Shown: positions 12,909 to 26,762, counted from the stretch's first letter. The stretch is 64,000 nucleotides of DNA from Ramazzottius varieornatus (GCA_001949185.1 BDGG01000003.1:4895092-4959091), one strand, 5' to 3'. The notes: generated by a model from the letters alone, not told the origin. Translations and numbers: made by a program.

Positions 12909-13092
12909 CACGCACGACGAGAAATTATGGGCCAGTAAAAATGATGGGCCAGGCTTTTTGTTACTGTGGTACGGAAGAACGTACATACGCAACTGATTCA
13001 AACAAATACACTTTTCGACACATTTCTACGTTTGAATTTCCATTTTGCAGTCTGGCCCATTATTTTTACTGGCCATAATTTCTCGACATGGG
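12909..13092. mobile_element. Tc1/mariner-pogo-type MITE, TA TSD
   Basis: ~45-bp TIRs (CGAGAAATTATGG(G)CCAGTAAAAAT(G/A)ATGGGCCAG) flanked by TA. End resembles the left end of the pogo element at 32253. Confidence 0.8.
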
Positions 13093-13416
13093 TATACATC
13101 ACGAACATGCTTTGTATTTATTCAAAAGAACAACGCAAACATTAGGCAAGATAGGCAAGCTGGTTAGAAAGAGTCAGCGACAGTAAAATAATTGTCAGCA
13201 GGTTTAGGGGGTTATGGCTGTAATCCTAAAGCTCAAAATAAGTTTTGGATAAGAATCGATCCATCAGGTGGGTCTGTTAGCTTTAGACATTTTGCGACTG
13301 ACAAGAGAAAACGCTCAAGGCAGCTTCAAGACAAAGGCGCGAACCTTACGTTCGGCTTCCCTGAAACATACAGTATATCAATGCAATATGGCACCCCTCA
13401 TGCAACATGGTAGAGC

Positions 13417-16400
13417 CTACGCCCTCTTATAGAAGGATGCCTGCTTAGTACTAGTTGCCTAAAGTTGACTTGGTGGATTTTCACTGCAAAACTTCCGAAA
13501 GAACTTACGTTGCGAAGTATGGACACAGCGGGCATGCGCTTCTGTTTGTTGACAGCATACAGGACGGCATCGTGGACGGTGACGAACATCTGGTCTTGCT
13601 TGATGAATTCTTGAGCTCCGCACAGTTCCAGCATATCGCGCACAGCCTCTGCAAAAATAACCGCGGGTTTTGCATCGACTTTAAAGCTCAACTATAGGCG
13701 CTCTCTCACACAATAGTATAAGATAATATCAAATCTAGCAGGTCAATAGTTTAAGTGTCTCAAGATCAGCGGTGCCCCGGCAAACAGGATTTTGTGGGGG
13801 AATGGCAAGGTCGGCCCTTACGTCACCAGCCGAGCCGTAATATTAGCCGTGTAGCCGTCTCGTAGGAAAGTCGGGTTCGCATAAATTAATCGAGTCAACG
13901 ATCAGCTGATCGTGACGTCATAGGCGAAACACAAGATAAAAAGTTTTTTCCACAAAGTCTTGTTTGCCGCAGCACCGCTGCTCAAGATGCAACCATCGGT
14001 CTGTGCAGAACGGTAGCTCAGCTGACTTATTGGTTGTACCAGTATTGCCCATAAAAAATTATCAAATCGAACGACAACCAGTAATCAACTTTATATAATT
14101 GTAAATCGCTGCGCTCTAATTTGGCTTTAGGCGTAGAGAAGAGAACTCGACGCGGGGAAGCTGTATGGTCCACTTTTCTACACTTTTTCGTCGAAACTTC
14201 TGAACTGGTGTATTAGACTTGGACTTACTAGTTGTGCATGCCAAAAGGAGCTCCACACCCACACTGGAGCATTCCACCTGCGTTTTCTTCAAGAAGCCGA
14301 CGCCCGTCACATCGACGAAGCAGACTTCACTACAGTCCAGGATGATATGGCTGATGGGCACGTCCTCTTCCGTATCGTCCTCAAAGGCCACGTTCTCCAC
14401 ACCGTGCATCTCCAGCCGGGTCAAATCCTCCTTGATGGTCATGCGTCGTTGTCGCGGTCGCGGGGCCACGGACAGGCGGTGCATGACATAGCTGTTCTGG
14501 CCGTTCATGCTGCTGACCACCGACTTGGACCTTTCGCGTTGCTCCTCGATTTCCGCTTCAGCTTGACCCTGGTCCAGCGCCAGGTTGTTGGCGTAGGCAA
14601 AGTTGCCGGCTGTCATTTCTTTCTCGCCTTTGCCTTGGTTGGCCGGGTTGTTCTTCCAGTCACGGATGAGGGTGTTCAGGCCGGCCCAAGCGTAGACGCG
14701 GGCCTTGACGTAGGATGCATTGGCAAAGTAGATGGGAGCGTCCACTCGAACGATCCGCACTCCTGGAACTTCCACGGCCTGTCAAGCATGATATGCGTGA
14801 AACTGCAATCGGAGCCCACCAAACAAATTTGACAAGATCGTTGTCCCAAGTGGCGCACTTTCCAGCCAGTGCCCGTGTACACGTGCGCCACTGGGGTAAA
14901 CCATTTTGTGCATTTGCTTGTTTTCCCCCAGTGGCGCACGTTTGCCATGTAATTGGCTGGACGCTTGCGCCACTTGCATAAACGAGTTGCTGAGTTTGTC
15001 TGCACAGATCATCCTTCTGATAAAATACGGGAAGTAAATTCGACGAGATGCAATACCGTTTGGTAGACGTCGGTTCGTCGATAGATGTCGGTACCGGGAA
15101 GTCGGCCCAACTGTCCAACTTTGGGCTTTTGCAGGCGCAGCATGATGGTCATGACTCCCCAGCCGATTCCCACCGCCAGGCCCAGGTCGACATCGAGGAT
15201 CAAAACTCCCAGAAACACAGCCAAGAAGATGGACTGCAGAAATTTTACAGGTTTATTCGAGTGTACGCGTAGATAACATCGAATTCAGTGACAAGGAATA
15301 TGAAGAAGAGAAGACGTATGACGTCACCGCGGGTTCAGTTTGTCCGCCGCGCCGCGATGACGTCAGTGCGCTAGGTTAACCGCCGAGCTGGACTTAGGGT
15401 GGGCATTGGTCTGAGCCTTCGGAAATCTTACCCAGTCAACGAGCGATATGGTCCATAACTTCCTTAGTTCCAGTACTTGCATCATAAGTTTCAGGACTGA
15501 AACCATCACGATGGCGCCCAGGCATGGATGAGGAAGCGGCTCCAGATACTTCCCGAGGGCGACGATGACAATCAGGACTATAAGGCACTGCACCAGGCTG
15601 ACAATCTGTGTCTTCCCGCCGACATCGTTCTAAAAAATCAGCATTCAAATGAAGTAAATGGGTGGTCGGTAGAAACTTTCAGGACGATCGAGCTGAAGTG
15701 GCGCGTTTTTGTAGCTAATACTAGGGAGAACGTGCGGCACTTGACTTGAAAAAACGAACAGACTCGAATAGATCGCTTTCGAATGCCTCACGCTTCCAGT
15801 CCATAACACTAAAAACTGCGCCACTTGGGGTAACGATCATGCATCTGTTTGCCTCGAGACCGTATGCCGGCCTCCTGAATTCTGTCAAGTTTATGGGGAG
15901 GTTTTGAATAGTGTACCTGTACTGCCGTTCGCGCGATAGAAATACTGGATGGGAAACAGTGGAAGAAGGAACCAAAGATCTTAGCCAGACCTTGTGCTTT
16001 GAATTCCTGGTTGGGGTCCAGCGCGTAGTTGTTCTTGTTAGCGAAGAGCAAGCCAAGTGTGATACTGATACACAGCGTGACCACAGCAATGGCAAATATG
16101 TCCCCCATAACAGCTCCGACGTCCAGCCGACTGAAGTCCGGCGCAAATGGGATAGGCATGCCGGTGGGGATGCGCTTGATGGTCCGCACACCGTAGTACG
16201 GATCTAAGCCTATGAGGTAGGAAATGAGTGTACCGAATATAACGATGAGAAGTTCGGCGGGGATGGGCACTTTCAGGACGGCAAGGACTTTCGGATTGGT
16301 GTTGAGGTAAAACTTGATGAAAACCAGGATGATGACGGAGATGATGCCGGTGACCAGGGTGGGTATGTGGGTGGTACCGATGACCGTGAAGAAATTAACG

Positions 16401-18058
16401 TAGGTCTGAAGATAAGTTTCACGTTGAAGATGGGGAAAAACAATGTTGTGAGAGCTCGATCGGCAAGCAAACTCGGCCAGATTATTGTCCCAAGTGGCGC
16501 ATGGTCTTGGCTAATACCGCTGATTGCGTGCGCCACCGACGGTCTGGCGCAGTTCGTTTGCGGAGCTCCCATTTGGGCTTCATGTTCAGGCAGGAGGAAA
16601 GCATACCTTTATCAGTTTCAGTGCGCCGTAATAGTCTTTCAGGCCTTTCACTCCGAAGATGGACTTTAGCTGACTGCTGAAGACGTGGAATGCTGCGCCA
16701 CAAGTAAATCTGAGAATAATATGTAGAAAAATGCCATTACATCCAGAAACCACTTTCCAGAGTTACGAAGACGTGTCTTACCCTTGTACGAGTTGGTCAG
16801 AAAAATAGACGACTAATCCGCCAGCACCGAGAAGCCCAAATGCTAGCTAGGTGTGAAAGGAAAACATATTTTGATTTTGTGGTTCTTTGGGGGTGGATCA
16901 ACATTCTGGGTGTGGTGGGAGGATTCGCCGCAAGAGTCTTACCTGCCAGCACCCAACCAAGACGGCCACAGCGGTAGCTACCTGCACCTGACTGAGCTCT
17001 GCCACGGTGTAGGAAGAGCCATTGACTAGGGCGTTGTACTCCGGATGGACCAGCACCCCATTGGTGTCTTCCGGAAAGAGCGCATACTGACGAACGATCT
17101 TACTGGTCATCAAACTAGTAATGGCGTCGGTACCTACACCCAAGGCGCCATGCGTTTTGCTTCGTCGCACATTACATCAAAGAACAGCATAGGGAAGTTG
17201 TTGCCTTACCTAAAGAACACTGCCGAGAAGAAGCCATCAGGAAGTAAACCAGCAGCGGGAAGAAGGAGACGTAAAGACCAGTCACAGCTGCAAGTACAGC
17301 AAAAATTACATCATTCAAAATAAACAGAGAAAATTCATGGATTAATTTAACTCAAAAAATTAGATTTGTTCAAAATAAAAATAAAAATGAAAACAATATA
17401 AGGATTGATCAAAAACAAAATGGAATGAACGCCGCCAAATGTGTAGAACTCATGATACAGGCCGATGGTATGGCTTACGTGGGCATAGTGTCAATATGGC
17501 GTAGGCAACACCTTGTGGAGTATTGAGGAACCCAATGGTGACCCCTGAAAAACAATGCTTTTTGTTTCCAGTGTACAGTATGGTCAGTTGGAAGACGTGA
17601 AAATAACAATAGGTATCTGCACTGACCAGCAGCGAAGTCCATGAGTAAACTTGTTCGCCAGTTATACTTGGGTACCCAGTCAAGGGCGGGGAACCAACGC
17701 GTGACGCAGTTGAGGCCTATCCGTGGACTACAGCGTGAATTGCCTTTCGTTCGGGCCCATGATTTGGCCGCCATCCGTTTAACGTTGTTCCAAGGGGATA
17801 AAGGAGGTCCCGGTTCGCATAATCCATAGGCCAAGTCGAACCTGCAAGGAGTAATCCAACTTTAATCAAAAGCTGGATGGGCTTTGCAGAAAGCCATTAC
17901 CTGGGCTGGTCGTAGACAAAGCGCGTCACCTGCAGTCGCGCGTCAGGCTGTAATCCAGGATGGATTCCCGGCGTTTTAGCGTTGGAGTTGTCGATGTCAC
18001 CCACTACAAACACTGGAGTCTTTTTGGCTCCATGACCGGGGGAATTTGGCGCATCCAT
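13417..18058 (-). CDS. SLC26 (prestin/pendrin-like) anion transporter with STAS domain, multi-exon
   Basis: DWVPKYNWRTSLLMDFAA|GVTIGFLNTPQGVAYA; IPAELLIVIFGTLISY; ALDPNQEFKAQG..SSISIART; LDVDLGLAVG..LGRLPGTDIY; VRVDAPIYFANA; IILDCSEVCFVDVTG; MFVTVHDAV. Last exon ambiguous (stop at 13417 or 13346). Confidence 0.93.
13767..13980. mobile_element. hAT-type MITE (214 bp) with 8-bp TSD CTCAAGAT, in an SLC26 intron
   Basis: TIR CAGCGGTGCCCCGGCAAACAGGATTTTGTGG vs CAGCGGTGCTGCGGCAAACAAGACTTTGTGG. Identical 8-mers at 13759-13766 and 13981-13988. Confidence 0.9.
14825..14990. repeat. Intronic hairpin repeat family, 2 units
   Basis: CCCAAGTGGCGCAC...GTGCGCCACTGGGG and CCCCAGTGGCGCAC...TGCGCCACTTG. Further units in SLC26 introns at ~15680-15840 and ~16475-16555. 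Confidence 0.8.
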
Positions 18059-19304
18059 TCCCAATCTGTGCACGACTTCAACGGGGCAGTACAACGAGAC
18101 CGTCAAGAAATCAAACAAAACAGTTTCGTTGTTGAAAGGTCACATCATAAGACTGCATATTTTCAAGACTTGACTTGAGAATGTTATCGGGTTGTGTAAG
18201 AGCCAGATACTTGCTTTTTGCGACAGGGTACCGCAGTGGGTTCTTCGTTGGTTTTTCTTACTGAGAAAGTTTCGTAATGGGTTGTCTTTTTCCAGTACTG
18301 TTTACGAGCCATTTGTTGTGCATAAGGCGATGAAGCAGTCTTTTATTTACTGAGCGGTGTTTGTGGAGTGGTGATGTTTCGACTTCGGACCTCGCGTATT
18401 AAAGTCTGACCCGGTAGAACCTTGTTATGTGGTTCAGAAGGCAACAACGTCGTTTCTTGGCAAATTAAGATGCATGGAAGGAATTAAAGATTCCAATAAA
18501 GCATGGCTGGTTGATTTAAGTGACCGTCAGCTTGTCCTCCCTCACATCGTAACAGAAAGAACCCAACGACCTAATACTACATATACTGATCGATAGCGGG
18601 GAACCAGGTGGTGCGTCTTGGTCGATCCATAAGCCTCATTACAGTACACGGTTATGACGTGTCCATGTCAGGAAAAGACAGCCATAAAGAATATTTCATA
18701 GATATATTCGCCGAAGGGAGGATGGAAGGAAGGAAGCGTTTAACGAGGTTGACTCGAATAACAGCTTGTATCTCTGTGTCAGCTGCAACACGCGCACGCA
18801 AAGTACACCCGATAATCAACGATGGGAGGATGGCTCACTTCACCTTGTGCCTTTCCGTGCGTATATGGAAAACCAGGACGGTCGACTTGATCGCTTACAT
18901 TCAAGCAGCTGTCTGGCTGGACCGTGTATCAATGTCCAGGTTTCCTAAGACACGGTAGTCTGTGCTTATCGTCATGAGTCTCTCGAGTGTACTTTGGCTA
19001 TCGATGATAGCTTTGTTTTTGCTGCGTTAATTTTTGATGATACCCGTGCAGAAGAAGCGCCGATGTGCGCGAGGCAATCTGGGTTAATAGGACGTTTGGC
19101 GCGTAAAGCACAATGGAAATTTGTCATGAAGACTGGTGTATCATCGCCAGAAGAGTCCCCAGGGACCTTTCAGCTCTTAAGCGCTCATTTGCAGACCGCG
19201 TATTCTGATTTGCTCCAATCATTGTCCATAATGTCCAACCTTGCAAGCTGAAATATGAGCCAAACACGCATCCAGATAGGAAATGGGACACCGAAAAATA
19301 AGTC

Positions 19305-19555
19305 CACCGGATCGTCCTCTCAAGTGGCGCATTTTGTCATTGTTACTGGCTCAGAGTGTGCGCCACTTGGGGAATCGATCTCGATATTCGACATAACTGC
19401 TTCCTGAAGCGGCGCAGTCTTTCATTGTTAATGGCGAAGAACGTGCGCGACTTGGAAAGAGCGATGTTATCTAGTCTGATTGCTTTCCCCAGTGGCGCAG
19501 AGTGCTATCGTTGTTGATGAAGAGTGTGCGCCAGTTGGAAAAAGCGATCTGACCG
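19305..19555. repeat. Hairpin repeat family, 3 units (outside any CDS intron I could define)
   Basis: Three tandem units. Another trimer at ~20605-20865 and a monomer at ~23205-23290. Confidence 0.8.
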
Positions 19556-22500
19556 AGTTAACATTTTTGCCGACGTCCAAATGCTGATTTATTGATTTGT
19601 AGTTGTGGGCTACACATAATAGGTCAGTTTATGAAGGGCCTGGACGTTTGAATGGGTGGATTGTTCTATGGAATGTGGCGTTTCTGTGAGTAGGCTGTTG
19701 TCCGGATATTGCGCCGGAAATGGGTTAATAGGGAGCATTTTTCCTTCATGCATGCGCAACAGTGCAGGCAGCACAATGGGACAGAGATAGTGGCGGGCGT
19801 GTCGTTGTTCCCTGCGGGTATCCAGTGGAAACTTAATGGAAATCGAATTGAGAAGGAAGACATTTCTTCCGATACACTTACGACGCAACTTCTTCTTGGA
19901 TACACGAGCTGGCTATACAGCATTGATTATTGCAAATATGGCCAGCAGCTTCCCACCCACATTGTCAGGACGAGGCTGCCGAGGTTCTCACACGTATGGC
20001 CGTGCTGCAGTAGGATTACACAGATCTAACAACTAACAATCACATTTTAGCAAGCTGAGCAAACCACTTGAAGGCAAGATGGGGAGCTTCCTCGTTCGAC
20101 GACCTTTCTATCCTGGTCATCCCGGCATGCATGTGAAAGTAGTCTCCATACTGTAACTCTTCCCGCTATAGAATGCCAATGGACCAGAATCCGGCAAGCT
20201 GTGCCTTCGTTACAGTACGTGTGCCCCCGAATTAACTCTCATTTCCGGATACTGCGCGAAAATTAAAATGGAATGTTGGCAGAGGTGTACGGACTGTGCC
20301 TTCGAGACTCTCCAAAGAAGGAGCAAGTCTAGTATGTATTCCCGCGACAGATTGCTCATCCATGTTTAATGAAAACAATCAGTAGGCCAACATGTCGTAC
20401 CACAGCCCAAATATTCCCACGTTCTTAACGTCTGATTTTATATCGCTTCTTAATATTCACCCAGGCAATCCATCACAGTTTCAAACATTGCAAACCAGGC
20501 CTGACTCCATTCATTTGGCTTTTATGAAAAACATGGAAAAAAACTGCAAAATAGTTTCGACTCATTTAAAGAACTTGGAAAATTCGACATCTTCAGACGA
20601 CTCTACCCAGATCGTTTTCCCAAGCGTCACACGTTCCCAGCCGAATTAAGTTTATATGACAAGAACGAAAGCATGCGTCACTTGTGAAAGCAGTCTGGTC
20701 GAGCTGCGAGATTATGTTTTTCTAGTGACGCATTTTTACAGCCACTGTCAATATAAACATGCGCGACCTGGGAAAGTAATCAAACCCGGCAAAATTGTTC
20801 TTCGAAGTGGCGCAAGTGCTTGTCGTTATCGGCTTCGAACTTGCGTCACTTGAAGTGATGATCTGAGCGATTTCATTTGTTCACGTCCCAAATATTTCGA
20901 AAAATATGATGAGAGCTATTTCGAAAACACTTCGGGGTTGCTCGTTGGGTGTCTGTTGAGTTTCCGACCTCCGCGAAGAGAGCTGTAGCGATATAAGAAC
21001 CGAGAGAGTCGATTGGGGAAGATTTTAGTGAGGCGTGGTCGGTGCTGCGAACGATGGGGGAAGTGGAGCTAACTTGGCTGCTGGTTGCGTTTGATGCCAT
21101 TTCATCCCCTGTATTCCATCCGCGCTAGTGCTTCAGGAGGGTAAGTGGCTCGGGAAGAGGATTTTGCGGCGATTACATTGTGTCAGCTTTGCCTTTTAAT
21201 GAAGTCATAGTTCCATATGTCGTTGACGTTGCGTCTGCGCCATCATTCTTCTTCTTCTTCTTCTTCCCTTTTTTATCATCAGCGTCATCCTTCTTTACCG
21301 ATGAAGACATGTGTGGAAAATTTTTGCTGCGTTCTCTGTAATCTGTGCTGGTACAAAGTTCATGATAGTTGATGATGAACTGTTATGTGGGGCTGTAATT
21401 AATTAACTGCAGTCGGCGGCTGCGCCTTGATGGTCCCATGAGAGTGGCTACTTAATGAAAGTGACAGCTCTCCTGCCGATTATATTCCCATCCATATTTG
21501 TACTGTACACATTCTTCCCCTGAATATTCCCTCAGCACGCACATTCTTTCATTGGTGGCCCTATCATATCTGTATACCACAAAGACCCTTCAGTTGCAGC
21601 GTTGGCCGAGTCTACTGTTTTTCTTCATACGCTTCGTGGTCCGTCTTTGTCATCACCTCCTCCAGGCCAAGATTGAAGGGGCTGGATGGAAGGCGATCGT
21701 CTCCCAGCGAGGCCCAGCTTGGCCAAATTATTCTTTTCCACTCCATTGCGCGCCTTGTGGGTTTTCATGCTCTGCATGCCATGATATGGACTACAAGTTG
21801 GGTGCGTGATTGAAAATTTGCCGGCGACCTTTTCCCGCTCTGGTTGCTCTGCTGCACTGGTAAATCCATCTCTGGGACTTCTTCATCATACATCCATCCG
21901 GCTTACAAGTCAGGAAGGTGTTCGCTGGTTGCAGCCAACGCTGTTCCTCGCTGAGCATGCGCATGCTTGCAGTCTATCACGCATAACAGCTGGAACTGCA
22001 TACCAGCTTTGTATCCTCCTTCTTTTCATCCTTTTCTCATCATTTCCTGGCGCGCTTCGATTCTGGACTTTATCGAAGGAGGAAGAGCCCAGCTTTTGCT
22101 TTCCGTGCTTTGGATGCAAGTCATGAAAGAGACGCCGGCCAAGTCGCTCATCGTCTCCTTCACTTAGGCCGAGTTGGGCAATTATCCGAGCATCTTTCTC
22201 CCATCGATATAAAATTATAAACCGCCCTTCCTCCTCATTTACTCCGGGGTTGCGTCGCCCGACAAGTGCCGTTAAAATGCAATTGACATCTGCATGGCTC
22301 CGTTTCAATCTGCTGTGCAGCCTATTACAGCCGCCATTTGCCCTCTTCACCGGAAATGTTTTCCTCATCATGTCAGCCCTTCAGGCAGCTGATCAGAAGC
22401 GACTCACAGGTAAGACCTTATTCCGTCAGGGAATAGTCAAACCAGGCCGGAAGATCGCCAAGTATCCGCCCAACAGCTGGCTAGCTTCCCCAATTGACTC

Positions 22501-25376
22501 CTTTTTTGTTAATGGGTTTCCGGTGTCAGGAAGTGGGTAAAGGGAAGAGAGCGGGAACTCAGTTTGACCTTACGTTTCAGCATTTGTAGCAGAGTGTGTC
22601 CTGGCTGTTGACTTGTGGGGAGCTTTTTTATCTCTTCTGCTCAGTTTTGACAATTGGGCATGCGTAGATAGAGCAAGCTTACGTCATAAATGGCACAGAT
22701 AGTCAGTATTTGCTTTGTGAATAAACAAGTTTGTTTGAACAGTCTAACAAGACGCTTCCGTGGGGGGACAGATAAGAGGCATAAATCCGCCAAAACATCT
22801 GAAATTAAATCGACAATGCCCGCCGGAATTGCCAAGATTGGCCAACCTCAGCGGACTGCAACGATCACTGCAGACGCTTCCGTCAGTCAGAAACCAACCC
22901 ACGTCAAAGCCCAAGTCTCTCGAGCGCCGTATGATCAACAGAACCCGCTGTGATATTTTCAGCCCTTGTCGAATATCAATGCATTTTTAAATTTTAAAAT
23001 CAGGATCAGCATGAATCGTTACACTTCGAGACGACATAAATTTCCAGCTTCGTGTCATGGTCAAATAATCAGCTGAAATAAAAATTGATGAAATTTTTCC
23101 AAAACGCGCTAATGGCTCTTGGGATTCGAACCGCGGTCTTCTGACTAACTGTGGGTGCCAGTATTGATAAAAAGGAACTCGACAACTCGGTGACAAGCTC
23201 CACAGGAAAGAGCGCCATTTGGAAAATGGCGCTCTTTCCTTGAGAATGACACAGAAGACTTGCGCCACTTGAAAAAAACAGCCTTACCGAATTTGTTTGC
23301 CGTGCTCCCAAGTGCAAAACTTTCCTGATTGATTGCTACGTTGTACCCTCGCGTATCTTTTTACTCTCCGTTTTCAATGTTGGGGCCGCTCTTTTCACTG
23401 GATAGCCGCCAGATGTTTTGGTTGCGTTTGGTAACGTGTGCCAGCTTGTGCAGTGATGGAATATTAGGAGAGCTCGCGCGGGGACTGTCATTATCCATAT
23501 TGTGGCTGCTGGGTGTAGATTTGTGGTTATGGAGGAGATGTATCAGGCCTAGTCCAGGCACTTAACAATCGAGAAAAGGGCTGAAGAATACTCATTTTGT
23601 CTCTCTTATCTGCCTTATTGGACGACCCTCAGGCTCCCTCAAGTACCAGCAGCCCACGCTCCAGCTCGCCTAATTCCTCCGAGTACTTTCTCTGGCCCCC
23701 TCGTTTCTCTGAACTTCCTACTACAAACTCTCCAGCTCGTCCGTCCACGGTCCGTCTCCCGCAAAAAGCGATAAAATTTGCAAGTCAGATTTTGCTGTCT
23801 TGTCATCGTCAACGTTCACAAAACCCCGATCAACCAACGCACAATCTTATTCCGGGTCCAATCCGATAAAACATTGGCCTGGTCTTCACAGTATCGCCAT
23901 TCTGTGCTGAGATCGACCAATATAGATTTGAAATATTTTGGAATTTGTGGAATATTTCTGCTAGCACTTCAAAACGAAGGAAGATGTACAACAATTTCCC
24001 ATCGTTTTTCCTCTGGTTGGCTTTTGCATGGTTGATTAGGGGGAGAAAGATGTACGGATGAAATTATTACCCATGTGTAGACTGGCTTTTCGACAAGAGA
24101 TTCCCTAATCGATCCTCTTTTTTCTGTACCCAGTTCGTGCTAGTCTCCAACTGCAATTTTGAATGGTATTTTGATTGACCCACTTTTGTTTGAATCAAAG
24201 CGACCTGGAAGCGGAAACGGTGCTAACTGTCTTGACGGCGTCTTTGGCCGCATTGATATGTTCCCCAATTTTGGGGAGATGTTGACTGGGCATGTCAGCT
24301 CTTGATATAACCTTTCACTGACAAGTGCCACACTTTTTATGCTCAAGAGGTCAAAAGCAGCTATTTAATGTCCGTCCAAGACTGAGTAGCGTTCGTCTTC
24401 CCATGATCATTTTCTCAATGTGCAAAAGACAGCCAACCAAACTTATTTCTTTTCAATCAAAGCGAAGTCCAACTTCCCTAATCGAGTTTCATAGCACTCC
24501 TCACCGAACTCGTCCGGATAAAGGGCCAAACTTTGCCCGACTGTCGATGACAGCTGGAAAAATAAAAAGAGATTCGCGACAAAAAACGTGGAATTTTTTC
24601 CCCAGTTTTGGGTTGATTTTTAACTATTATTTGGAATTATTTTCGAGTTCAGTTTTCTTTTCCGACTGGATTTTCTATTTCCGTTCAAGCGTGTTCTAAC
24701 AAATTTAGCGGCACCCTTGACTGAACTTTTGCAGGAAAAGATGAGCAAAAATGTTAGGGACTGTCGTTGGCAGCTGGCGGGCATAACAAAATTGCCTAAT
24801 GGAGCGCAAACAGGCGTCGTTACTGTTGCGTTCCCTTTCGACGGTCGGTACGGCAAATTCGCCTAATAGAAAAGTACAACATGCGTTAGGCAAAGTCCCA
24901 CAAAAAGGAGAATTGAATTGACAGTGATCCGGGCTGGCTTACCAGGGCGTATCTTCGATTATGCGCAAAGCCAGCTTCCGTCGATAAGTTGGACCCCCCA
25001 CGAAACCAAGCTTTAAGTCAGCCACCCCTAGAAGCCGTCATATGACGCCATCGGAGACGTCATCGCGGTGAAGCCGCGATGACGTCACCCACTGCTATGC
25101 ATGGGTGACCGATTCTCCGTCTGTTTGATATGGGGTCCGATGCATCCAATCATGCCCTGAAATCATAACGTCACGCTGTTATGGGCATCTCTTCCATGCA
25201 GACCTGAACCATAGTCACCATATCAGTTACCATACAGTCTGTTCAATGTGGATAATTTAGTTGCCGGAAAAACGAGCGGCTTTCCCATTGGATAATGCAT
25301 TATTGAAACCCATTTATCGAGCTTGAATGCGCCATGAATACCGTACATCATCTCTGTCTTTCTTCTTCCCCTTTAG

Positions 25377-26495
25377 ACGCCAAAGAATACAACAGACGCT
25401 TCAACGTGGCTTCCAAGCAGTCAATTATGCCGCAGGATGCAAAGGATAACTACGCCTATGACTGGACTAAGTACAAGAAATCTACTGGCCCGACCTTCGA
25501 TCGCAACGAGATGGTGCAGAATGTCACGGTGGAGAAAGGCCAGACGGCGTATTTGCCATGCGTGATTCTTAACCAAGAACACTTTACGGTGAGAATTTCC
25601 CGCTCGATGTTACCTCACTCCTCATTAATCATTCACTATAACGACCAGCTCGCCAAACAAGTTCGACCCGATCGCTTTCCCGAGTGGAGCATATTTTCAG
25701 TAAAAATGGCTGAAAGGGTGCGCCACTTCGGAGCCAATATTACTTCGAAAAACGATCTCGACGAGTTTGATGGTTTTCCCCAGTGGCGCACATTTCCGGT
25801 TTTAATGGCCGACGGCGTGCGCCACTTGAGAAAGATGATCTGGTCAAATTCGTTTGCCGAGAAAAGAAGCTATCAACTACCATTATCACACTTGCAGATA
25901 TCGTGGCTGAGAAAGAACAGACACATGAACATAATCACCGTCGGAGAACACAGATTCATCCAAGACGAGCGCTACTCACTACCTCATTACAAAGGACCTT
26001 CCGACTGGACGCTCAAAATAGCCAATGTCAAATTGGCCGATGGTGGAATCTACGAATGTCAGATAGGTAAACACAAAAACAAATACTTGGAAAATTTCCA
26101 ACTAGTTTTGGCCTATTTATTGGGTGTTTTATTCGACAGGGACGACGCCCAAAACTGGACGGAACATCAGTCTCTTCATAGCAGGTAAATGTAACGCCAA
26201 TTGCCGTCCTATGTGTTCCCATTTCGTTGGTCCCCAAATTCTCTTCCCGACACTGTCGTTGCAAATTCCAGGCGTTGGAGAGCATGAGCTAGCGCTTCCT
26301 TCCAGATACAGATATGGCTTCCTAAATTTTACTATTCCAGCGACGCGCAACGCTCATGTGGCGCCCTCTAAGAGCGGCACAATGTCACGAACCTCCCATT
26401 CCTCAACCAGCTCACTTCTCCACCTGCTCTGCGGACTTCTCATCGCCAACTTCACCTACAAGATTCGTCTAAAAGACGTGTCACTTTTCCACTGA
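25377..26495 (+). CDS. Dpr/IgLON-like immunoglobulin-domain cell-surface protein (5' exons not located)
   Basis: GPTFD..VQNVTVEKGQTAYLPCVI..|ISWLRK..IITVGEHRFIQDERYS..DWTLKIANVKLADGGIYECQI|GTTPK. Hydrophobic C-terminus resembling a GPI signal. Hairpin dimer in intron at ~25660-25850. Confidence 0.82.
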
Positions 26496-26762
26496 ACAGA
26501 CTGCACCGTGATGCTCCATAGCCAACGTACGAAAACTCAATGGCGTTGCTTACAATCAAACATACACTTCGACCAGAGAGTTTCTCATTCTTTCTACTCT
26601 CTACACTAAAAAAGGACCAAAGATGAAACTTTGGCTGCTATTTCTGAAGTCAAGATGTGCTCATGATCACTGCCAGAGTTTTTATTGTTATTAAATGGTC
26701 CTTTTGACCGAAAAGTGGAGATATCGCTCCAGATTGCAACAGATGGTTTTCTTCCACACACA

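Noticed and set aside
19305-19555. Hairpin trimers as a CRISPR array
   Set aside because: The context is eukaryotic, there are no cas genes, arrays have at most 3 units, and the loops share a consensus rather than being unique spacers.
21246-21265. (TTC)n tract, also (GCCAA)n near 54076
   Set aside because: Ordinary short microsatellites.
25334-26188. 284-aa ORF as a single-exon protein, and the recurrent peptides FPKWRT / VRHLGK / CATW in many ORFs
   Set aside because: These are read-through of introns containing the hairpin repeat. The same applies to ORFs 11997-12620, 48001-49182 and 59934-60503.
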